From Torpedo marmorata (lineage: Eukaryota), in assembly GCA_977017645.1 (NCBI GenBank), contig OZ360219.1, positions 57,350,001 through 57,414,000 on the forward strand: a stretch of DNA of 64,000 bases. The letters are read 5' to 3'. Positions 13,872-23,724 of this stretch are shown here, one piece after another. The translations under genes were made by a program, and so were the position numbers. A model generated the notes under the pieces. That model was not told where the DNA came from. It did not search any database and saw only the letters and a list, made by a program, of their open reading frames with translations. The number at the start of each line of letters is the position of its first letter. Positions within the stretch are counted from its first letter, which is position 1.

Positions 13872-14446
13872 ACAAATTTCTTTAACTAGAACTGCAGCCT
13901 TTTCAACCACTCTGGCTTCTATTGCCTTTTCCTGCAATTCCAGATCCAATTTTGCAACTTCCAATTCAGTCTCATTTTCTGACAGTTTATTTTGAAGCCT
14001 TTTATTAGATTCTCTCTCTGCATTCAATTCTTTCGATAAGAAAGTAATTCTCTCATTATCTTCCGAAAAGTTACTAACTTGATCTGGAGTTAAAAGATCA
14101 TGTTATTTCTCCTTTCAGCCCTGCTATAGTAAATTCGAAGTGTCTGAATTTCTTCATCTTGCTTCTTACATTGCTGAAAAGCAATATCTCTTTCTTTCTG
14201 CATTGTTATTAGCTGGGCCTTCAAGATACATTCTTGATTGTTTTCTGTAGTCAACTGTCTTGTGTTATTAACCAATGAATTGTTCTCTTTCAAAAGATGA
14301 ATCTCCTCCTCCAACCTTTTGCATCTTGATAAAACTGAATCTCTTTCCTCAATAACTGTATTCATTTCTTCAGCAGTTATTCTTTTCTTCCGTTCTCTGG
14401 CTTTGCGAATTCTATCTACAATTAAATCTTTATTCTTGTCAACCGC
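13872..14446 (-). pseudogene. MIPOL1: Intronless MIPOL1-derived sequence, two blocks in permuted order
   Basis: Block 14124-14446 IVDRIRKARERKKRITAEEMNTVIEERDSVLSRCKRLEEE..EEIQTLRIYYS matches the MIPOL1 central coiled coil. Block 13872-14123 TPDQVS..ITFLSKELNAERESNKRLQNKL..LELQEKAIEARVVEKAAVLVKEI matches a more N-terminal MIPOL1 segment. Based on recalled human sequence. Confidence 0.88.
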
Positions 14447-15089
14447 TCTCTGGACCTTTCCCTTGGTCACTTTCAAAACTGAAGAATCACTGGATTCATT
14501 CTCATCCTTTTGAAATCCAGTTTTGTTTCCAAGCACAAAGTTAAAATCTTTCTGTTCACGGTTTGTGATTATCCAATATTTCCAAGTCCTTTTTCAACAT
14601 TTCGTTCTCTGAAGGCAGTTGCATCTCTGTCAGTCACATGCTCCTTTATTCCATCAGCGCAATTTTCTGCGTTCGCCAGTTTTGCAGCATGTTGCGAGAT
14701 TTCTTCATTGACCTTGTCGGCTGTAACCTCTGGGCTACAGAAGCTACTTTCAGATTTGTTCTGTCATTTGTTTTAGTCCTGCCTCAGATTCAATTACACA
14801 GGAATAATCACCAGCAGTATTTGCAACATCTTCTAATACTTCATTTTCATCTATTGTTGATGAAAATAATTCCTTCAATATTGGTTTAGATGCCTTTGAT
14901 TTATTTTCACATTGATCTGTTTTCTTTTCTTCAGAAGTGAATGTCTTATTTAGTCTTTTGCTGTTCCCATAACTCATCATGTTTCACAACCAGATCCTGT
15001 TGACATCTCTGTCGAAGGGGGTGATTATTGGTGCTCGAGCCCCAGCAACATCATGCTCGGGGAGGATTTGTCCATGTATATTCATGCCT

Positions 15090-15670
15090 TGTGAACGTGG
15101 TATAAAAGGTTCTGTGTTAGCATCAAATGCTCTCATTTCATGTGATGACTTCTTACCATCAGACCTCTTAGGTCGCTTCGAACAACAGATCCTTTTAAAC
15201 TTGTCAGTATCTTCACTTCAGCCTTCTCAGCAACAAGTTTTGATTTCAGATCCAATTGTTCCCTTTTTCTCCTTACCTCCAATTGCTGCTTCCTTAGCTG
15301 CTCCTCCTGTTCCATTTGCTGCTTCATCTGGTCCATTCACTGCCTCCTTAGCTGTTCCATTTGCTGCTCCTCTAAGGCATATTTTTCATCAAGCACATCT
15401 TTTTGTGCTTGAAGAGCAGCCAACTCGGCCTTAGCCTTTATATATAGAGATGAAGCACGGGAAGCCCCGGAGCCCACTTTGGAACTTCTTTTGCTTCTCC
15501 TGCTTCCTGGCTCAAGAAATGCACGTGTACGTACCGTTGCATTCCCATTCTTGGCCTTAACTGTACAGGCACTATTGAGAGTTTACCGTTATCCTTACCA
15601 GCCCCAGTAAGACCTCTCGTCTGAACCGAGGCTATAACGCTGTTTTCTGCTGGATTTACTTCTGGTATGT
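15090..15670 (-). pseudogene. BEL/Pao-type gag N-terminal remnant
   Basis: EVNPAENSV, Ser-rich SRRSKRSSKVGSGASRASS, KAKAELAALQAQKDVLDEKYALEE..RRKREQLDLKSKL, FDANTEPFIP; layout typical of fish BEL/Pao gag; frameshifts and stops present. Confidence 0.7.
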
Positions 15671-15859
15671 TGGTTGTTGCCCGGAGGTCTGACTCCTTTT
15701 CAAATTCGAATCGTACGTTTTCTTCCCTTTCGTCCTCTTCGCCGACATTTTGTGACACATTTTTAGCCATTTCCATACCACTGACTCTAGAATCAGCTGA
15801 CATCATACGCAGCACACTCGCGGAGTCTTTACTCTCATCAACCGAAGCTGCCTCTTCTA

Positions 15860-16013
15860 CTTCTTTAATTGCCAGCTTCAGTCTAGCGACGAGAGCATCT
15901 TTGTCACCTGTTGTATCTAGCCTTCGTCGCTTCAGTTCTGCTCCGAGATCCGCAACCCTCATGTCTTCAATACGTTGTTCCTCTTCAGCAACGCCGGCGG
16001 CAGCTGCGGCCAT
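15860..16013 (-). pseudogene. SAP domain of SLTM/SAFB type with its own ATG
   Basis: MAAAAAGVAEEEQRIEDMRVADLGAELKRRRLDTTGDKDALVARLKLAIKE, compared with SLTM [42 protein letters not shown] (recalled). Confidence 0.8.
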
Positions 16014-16583
16014 TTTACTCGTCTTGTTCCACCGTCCATCGAGCTCGAGCACATACAACACAAGCCAATTCAACAGTCCCCAATGGACTAGCGGCAGCAA
16101 ATCCAAACTGCGTTCAAAACTTGCCTCAAATACACAGAAGGAGTCCACAGACATGATACTACTACTTCTGATGGCTGTAATGTGCTTCTGTTAATAAGTG
16201 AGTTTTCACCACAGCACCCATCTATAATATCACTGATTTTCAAGAAATGGCTTTACCAACGTGTCAACAAAATCCTCTTCTCACAGATTAGAAGTTTCAA
16301 ACTCTTTTTCTGGCCACTACTCAGGCCGATGGATGTGGATTACAAACTGCAAGGCAACTCCACATTTCTAAGATGGCCACCATATTGCTTTCAATACAAT
16401 TCAATTTCACTTTACAGCAGTCCAAATGTTCCAATAAAAGAGTAGTTTCTGTCGACTTAAATTTTTCTGTCGACTTAAAGTAGCGACTTCGTTCCAATAA
16501 AAATAGTTGCTTGGAGGCTAAATTAGGCGTTTGTCTGCGACGCATTTCTTGAATAAATCGGTAACGAAGCCCAAATGAATTTT

Positions 16584-17127
16584 CCAAAATATCCTTTATT
16601 AAACAAACACAAAAGGGCTAACATCTGTAAAATACCGATTAATCATAACATGTAACGTTCCGTTCTAACGTCCCTATAACGTTCGATATAACAGTCCATG
16701 TAACGTAACGTGTAGCGTAACTTGTAACTTAACGGTCGACAGAAATTATCGCTGCCTAACTCACCCTCCTCAGATCGCCAACTGACGATGCGGGCTGGGG
16801 AACCTATATTTAACGCGCGCAAAACCGCCCGCGCATGCTCCTTTGGTGGACACACTGGTCCCGGCTCCAACCGCTTGCTGCCGGAGCCGAGCACTCATGC
16901 GTCACCACTCTCCATGGCACATGCGTACTGGCACACACGCTGGCCCCGGCGGAAACTGCTGCCGCCGGGGCTGAGCCAACCGCGCATGCGCCACCATGCT
17001 CCTCCGGCACCATAAACGGTGCTGGCCTTCGCACATGTGCCAATGGGAAGAGGCCTACCTACTGATCCTGGGACGCCGCCAACGCCCGCAGCCACAACAG
17101 GTAAGAAACGAGCCTTTGGCTCTTAGA
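16584..17127 (-). repeat. 5' LTR
   Basis: Repeat of 12718-13259. Confidence 0.9.
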
Positions 17128-17454
17128 GACAATCTAATTGACTTCAGATTACTCTAAAGCCTCTATAAAAATCTGAATGACTGGACAGGAATTTTGTGAT
17201 GTAAAACAAAGGAACAATGTTCACAAGTGCCAATTCTAAACATCAGCAAAAGGCCCAGACTGAGAAGGTTTATGTGGCATTGCCATTTAGGATCGACCAC
17301 ACACACTGATACTACAGAAAGCCTTCAAACTTGTCTGAGAGGTGTTCAGCATGATCATACAAGCTGAACTTCAATGGGAAGGATAATTGGGCCCCCAGTG
17401 CAACAAAATAAACCAAGAGGGACTACATATTCCCAGTGTTTAGTGTCTCATGAT

Positions 17455-17802
17455 CAGTGTCGGTGCCAAGGGGGGGCATTCGCGAGCATTGCCCCCCCCC
17501 CCAAAATCGCTTGACATCAGACCCGCCCCCGCATCACTAGCGTGCATCAAGCATCACTAGCGTCTTAGCTTGACACACGCAAGTGACTCTCCACCCGACC
17601 GCGTCACTAGCGTGCATCAAGCGTGACGCTCGACGCAATAAAAGCAGTGCTTTCCGCTACTACAGTCGGAGGGAATGGAGGTTTCCGTCCGGTAGGCAGG
17701 TACCAGCACCCCCCCTCCCATTGAGCGAGTTTACGACTGTCGGACTGTGCCCCCCGGTTACCCTAATGCCCCCCTCTAACACTCGTTCTGGCGCCGACCC
17801 TG
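17455..17802. mobile_element. hAT-type MITE
   Basis: TIRs CAGTGTCGGTGCCA / TGGCGCCGACCCTG; 8-bp TSD CTCATGAT at 17447-17454 and 17803-17810. Confidence 0.9.
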
Positions 17803-17873
17803 CTCATGATATTGGTCGATGATTATCTATCAAATGCAACAAGCACAAAAATCACATTGTGTTTCAATTACAT

Positions 17874-19825
17874 CAGTGTTTTTCAAACTTTTTCTTTCCA
17901 CTCACATACCACTTTAAGTAATCCCTATGCCATAGGTGCTATGTGATTAGTACGGGATTACTTAAGGTGGTATGTGAGTGGGGAAAAAAAGGTTGAGAAC
18001 CACTGCTCTAGACCCAATTGTTAATGAAATATTTTGCTTGAGAAAAATTGTCATTGGCCCATTTCCTTTGGAGTTATGAAACCGTGCACATAACGAGTCA
18101 ATTAGGTACGATTAAAACTGGTTTTCAAACTTTTTCTTTCCACTCACATACCACCTTAAGTAATCCCTTACTAATCACAGAACCCTGGGATGAAATGCAT
18201 CCCAGGGTTCTGAGGGAAATGGATCCCAGGGTTCTGAGGGAAATGGCAGAAGTTATAGTAGATGCATTGGTGGTCATATACCAAAATTCTCTGGATTCTG
18301 GGCAGGTACCGGCAGATTGGAAGAAAGCAAATGTCACGCCACTTTTTAAGAAGGGATGTAGGCAGAAGACTGGGAACTATCGGCCAATTAGCTTAACATC
18401 TGTAGTTGGGAAAATGCTTGAAGCTATCATTAAGGATGAAATAGTGAGTCATTTAGAACGAAAGGGTTCAATCAGGCAGACGCAGCATGGGTTTAGGAAG
18501 GGCAGATCTTGTTTGACAAACATGTTAGAGTTCTTTGAGGACATAATGGGTGCAGTAGATAGAGGGCAACAGGTTGATGTTGTATATTTGGATTTCCAGA
18601 AAGCGTTTGATAAGGTGCCGCACAAGAGACTTATCAGTAAGTTACAGGTGAATGGAGTCCAGGGAAGTATATTGGCATGGATTGAGGATTGATTGTCTGA
18701 GAGGAGGCAGAGAGTCAGGATAAATGGGTGTTTTTCTGATTGGCAGACAGTGGTAAAGTGGGGTGCCGCAGGGGTCGGTGCTGGGCCCACAACTGTTCAT
18801 CATTTACATTGATGATTTGGAGGAGGGGACAAAATGTGGTGTAGCCAAGTTTGCGGATGATACTAAATTGAGTGAAAGAGCAAATAGTACTGAGGATGTG
18901 GAGAGGCTGCAGAGGGATATAGTTAAGTTAGGTGAGTGGGCAAAGGTCTGGCAGATGGAGTACAATGTTAGTAAGTGTGAGGTTATCCACTTTGGTAAGA
19001 AAAATAAAAGAGCAGAGTATTATTTAGATGGCGAAAAACTGCAGCATGCTGTTGTGCAGAAGGACTTGGGAGTGCTTGTGCACGAATCACAAAAAGTTGG
19101 GTTACAGGTGCAGCAAGTTATTAAGAATGCAAATGGAATGTTGGCCTTCATCTCTAGAGGAATTGAATTCAGGAGCAAGGAGATAATGTTGCCACTGTAC
19201 AAGGAACTGGTGAAACCGCACCTGGAGTACTGTGTGCAGTTCTGGTCTCCATATTTGAGGAAGGATATACTGGCCTTGGAGGCAGTCCAGAGGAGGTTTA
19301 CTAGGTTGATCCCTGAGATGAAGGGGTTGACTTATGATGAAAGATTAAATCGTCTGGGATTATACTCACTCGAGTTCAGAAGAATGAGAGGAGATCTTAT
19401 AGAAACATATAGAATTATGAAGGGGATGGATAGGATAGAGATAGGAAGGTTTTTTTTCCCCACTGGCAGGTGAGACCAAAACTAGGGGACACAGCCTCAA
19501 GATTCAGGGGAGTAGATTTCGGACAGAGATGAGGAAAAACAGTTTTTCTCAGAGAGTGGTGAATTTGTGGAATTCTCTACCCAGGGAAGCGGTTGAGGCT
19601 GCTTCATTGAACATATTTAAGGTTCAGTTGGATAGACTTTTACATAAAAAAGGAATTAGGGTTAATGGGGAAAGGGCAGGTAGGTGGAGTTAGGTCATTG
19701 ATCAGATCAGCCATGGGCCTGTTGGCCTACTCCTGTTACTAATTTCTTATGTTCTTATGTTCTTATGTTCTTATGGCATAGGGATTACTTAAGGTGAGTG
19801 GAAATAAAAAGTTTGAAAACCACTG
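17874..19825. mobile_element. Composite palindromic hAT MITE interrupted by a CR1
   Basis: TIRs CAGTGTTTTTCAAACTTTTT / AAAAAGTTTGAAAACCACTG; TSD AATTACAT at 17866-17873 and 19826-19833; two internal palindromic subunits. Confidence 0.88.
18181..19773 (+). mobile_element. 5'-truncated, little-degraded CR1 LINE (RT)
   Basis: NYRPISLTSV, YLDFQKAFDKVPH, PQGSVLGP, KFADDTKL; (CTTATGTT)n tail. Confidence 0.95.
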
Positions 19826-20786
19826 AATTACATTAATGACCATGGTGATTTCTGTGGGATCAAAGAAGATGCATCATTGCACCCATGTTACTCTGTTAAA
19901 GGTTCTTAAAGATTTCAACAGAGGATCCTTTCAGTGATTGATATATTAATTCTATGGACACAATGCATTTGGCAATAACAATCCATGCAAATTATTTTCT
20001 GTGCCAGTTTGAAAGTCGCAGGATGTGATTGGACAAGATCTGGAGATGTTAACAGAGAAATCTGATGGAACATTAAGCTGTGGAGTTTTGAGCTACTGAA
20101 GTAGTTATGGATAGCTGTGGTGTTATATGCATTAGCAGACCTATACTTCTGTCCAAAGCAGGAAATCAGGCAATACATATGATTTAGTTTATAAATAGTG
20201 ACAGCATATTATAAATAAATTATTTTTTTTAAAAAAATGATTTTTATGACTAAAGAAAACTAGCACCTCCTATCTCTGAGGATTTTAGATCAAACTGGCA
20301 AGTTCAAGTTCATTCTGTTCTAGATAAAAGCAAAGGTTACAAATAAATATTGAATAACTATGTTCAGCCATTTAAGGCATTGTTTTCCTATATTAACAAG
20401 CACAGTCCAAGAAAACACATTCTAATCATATGTAGCCATTGTTAGCTATTCTGCCGCTGCGAGATATATCACATGGTTACATGATAAGAATTCTAAAATG
20501 CACTTTGTTTCTCTTCAAAACAAGCCAACTTCCAGTGGGGTGGTGCCTGAAGCCTTCTGGAGAGGGTGGAGGAAGGCAAAGGCTAGGGTTCGAGGTTACT
20601 ATTTCTATCATCTGTTTCAATATTAGAAAAGCAAGCTAAATTCTGGATGGAGTTAAACAAGAAAGTCTGCACTCGCTGTGTTTTTCTGGATTCTGGATGG
20701 CAGAGTGATAAAACGTAAAATCTTAAATTCTGGAATGAAACCTGACTAAATTTCCCATCATAAAATCACAACTCCATGACAATTAC

Positions 20787-20936
20787 CTTCCCATCGTGCA
20801 TCTTTATCCCGTGGATGGATTGTGTAGTGTGTCGTGATACGGGAAACCGAAGAGGAAGAAACACATCTTTCTGCATGCACGAAGGACCGAAGAGAACCCC
20901 TCTGTACTGTGTTGAAAGAACACAGCCACCTGTGTA
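20787..20936 (-). CDS. ETFDH: ETFDH coding exon 2 (ETF-ubiquinone oxidoreductase)
   Basis: Pyrimidine tract + CAG acceptor, GTAATT donor, 150 nt, phase 1 to 1. Encodes ..[24 protein letters not shown](G), matching human [20 protein letters not shown]. Confidence 0.95.
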
Positions 20937-23724
20937 CTGCAGACGAAAAAGACATTAAAATACATACACGCGATTTGTTCTTTCAAAATATTAGACCCCG
21001 CCACACAATTACCTTTCAACAATCATTGTTAAGCATTGCTACCCTTAACTAGATATTATCTTGGTATCAATTTACATATTTACATATATACATATACATA
21101 TATCTGCATATGAACACCAACCACAGTTCTCTGAATTGGAGGCTCCAAGTCTAACTGCAAGTGTTCACATAATACAAAGTAGACACTTGTTTACAACCCC
21201 AAGGTATGGTGAGAGTGCATTTATGCAAAATGAAAACTTCAATGAAATGAACTCTGGATATATTTTTCATCAAAAGCATTTTAAATCTTTTGGCCAAATG
21301 GCACTTTTTAAATCACCACAACAAGTTACAGTGGGAATTACAGAATGAACAAACTATGCATTAGTATTTATTTTTAACCTGAAATGTGTTTGTAGGCTCA
21401 AGGACTTTGGCAGATTCTCAGAATTAAGAATGGCTTAATTCCACTTCAGTTTTGTGAATTGAGGTAGCTAATGAGGTCAACAAGGAAACAACCAATTGGA
21501 CAAGTTGTTGTTGTTTTTTTTAAATGGGATGACTCACTTATGCCACAAGGCCTCTGTGTTCTCCTGATGGATGGACTCAAGGTTCTCAATTCCATTCTAA
21601 ATGCTCCTACTCCATGTTGAGTGATTGGTCATGTGCCAGAGATTTCCAGGAGCAGGTGTGGATGCTACTTTTCTTCAAGGAGACTTTGAGCACATCTTTG
21701 AATCTTTTTTATATCCACCTGATAATCTCCTTGCTCAACAGAGCTCAGAATAGGGCATCTGTTTTGAGAATCTGCAGTCGGACATGTGATTGACACATCA
21801 TGTCCCATGTAGCCAACTGAACGTGGCTAGGCCAAAAACACCGAGGACGTTGACCTTGAAAGGACAATTCAAGTGAATTTGGAGAATTTTAGAGGCAATG
21901 TTCGTGCTGTTTTTTTCAAGTATCTTGAGTGCCTGCAGTGGGTGGTTTAGGTCTCCGAATAGGAAGGCAGAGTTCCCCATGATAATGAGTTTATTATCAT
22001 ACACATTGTACATATGAACCAAAATTCTTACTTTCTGCAGCTGAACAGGTGAACTTGTAAAGAAAAAACAAATTGAATTAAATTAAGATACAATAACTAC
22101 ACAAATATGCAGTGAACCAAGAGTTTTGTGTACTTGTAAGGACTTTGTCTTCAAATACTCTTTTCCTTTCTTGACCAAAGGCTGAACTTGCACATTGAAG
22201 ACCATAATGAGTTTCATTATTCATGTTTCCCTTTGCTGAGAGGTGGATTCCAAGATATGAAAAATTGTCCTCTTTTTTCACATTCTCGCAGTGAACTATT
22301 ATTGTTAGGGAGCGGTATGGTGCTGTAGTGAAGGTTGATAGACCACTTGTGTTGCAGATGTTGAGTGCAAGGCCCATCCTCTTGTATGCTTCAGTGAAAG
22401 CACCAGTAATGTCTTAGAAGTTGGCCTCTTGGCATGTGCAAATACAAGCGTTGTCTGCATACTGTACCTTAATAGTTAAAGTATGCAGACAATGAGATTT
22501 GAGTATCCTTGATCCTCAAGTATGGTCACCTGAATAATTTCCCATTAATTCTGATTAGCTTTATTCCCACTGGAAATTTGATGGGAGGCAAAATCCAAAA
22601 CTGTAGCAAGGAAAATTTAGTTAAATTTTGGGATAATAAATCAGCCTTGTTTCACACATTTTTCCACTGAGAGTATTTCTGTTGCAGACCCATTGATCAA
22701 TATGTCATCATGGAATTTCTGCGAGCAGATGAATTTGAGGAGATTGTTCCACATTCCCCCCAGATGACAGAGTCAAATTATTGTGAGGTTGAAAAGGGCC
22801 ACATATGGTGTTATTACTCCTTGCATTTGTTTTTGGAGTTTTGCACAGTGGAGATCATGCCCACTGTGCATCAGCGAAAAGAAAATTTGCAATGGGATTT
22901 GTGCGCAGCTATTTGGCCGTTAAGAGACGACAGTTAAGGAGACTCTGGTAATGGCTTCCTGTAAGGGACTGCAGGAAGACCCATCAGCAATTGTCAAATA
23001 TCAGACTAATCTCCACCACTTAAGGTCCCATGGAAAATCCACCTCTTCCCAGATACAGTCAGTGAAATTGTGGATTTGTGAATCGATGTAGTTTTACAAT
23101 TTCAGTAGCAATAGCTTCTGTTCCAAATGCCTTGTGATGTTGAATTGGAATACAGTCTTCTCCACTTTAGTGTCAGGAGTGACATCAAGACTGGCCCAAA
23201 TAAACTGCTGTGGGATGGAGTGAAGGGTGCACATCAAGGGCAGAGTTACAGTTGAAATGTCGTCCAATTATTCCCACCTACAGATGTTGACTGCTTCTCT
23301 GTCCTTGACCTTTAGAAGACCCTTCAGCCAACATGTCTGTACTCAACATGATGTCCAAATCAAACTAAAACTTTGCTACTTGCACTTTATAGATATCCCT
23401 CCATCTCCTTTATATTCATGTGTCTATCTAGAAGCCTCTTAAATGCTATTATTGTAAATGCTTCTACCACTATTCATGGCAGCACATTCTTGGCACCTAC
23501 CACTCTGAGTGTAAAATATTTGCCCTGCATATCTCCTTTAAACTTCCTCCCCCTCAACTAAAACGCATGTCCTCTAGTGTGTGATGCTTTTAATCTGGGG
23601 AAATTATTCTGAGTGTCCACCCTACCAATGCCTCACAAGATTTTATAAACCTCTATCAGGTCTCCCATCACCCTCCTTCAGAGAAAACAACCCAAGTTTG
23701 TCTGATCTCTCCCCTTAACTCAAA

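Larger units (their letters stand above)
12718..17127 (-). mobile_element. Non-autonomous BEL/Pao-like LTR element carrying captured host mRNA fragments
   Basis: Direct repeats 12718-13259 and 16584-17127, about 93% identical by manual count and mostly transitions. The 3' copy starts TGTAAG right after PPT-like TTAGGGGCCGG (13260-13270). Gag-like coiled coil and ANTEPFIP motif at ~15090-15670. No RT, IN or PR found. Confidence 0.85.

Noticed and set aside
13497-16154. A genuine host SLTM or MIPOL1 gene
   Set aside because: Fragments are intronless, partial, frameshifted, out of order and enclosed by LTRs.
17130-20180. Possible ancient Penelope/GIY-YIG remnant between the MITEs (also ~5300-5760 and ~7400-7980)
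   Set aside because: Only faint motif impressions; too degraded to support without an HMM search.
1-20786. ETFDH exon 3 (expected [22 protein letters not shown]-like)
   Set aside because: Not found on the minus strand; it presumably lies left of the window, making all of this intron 2.
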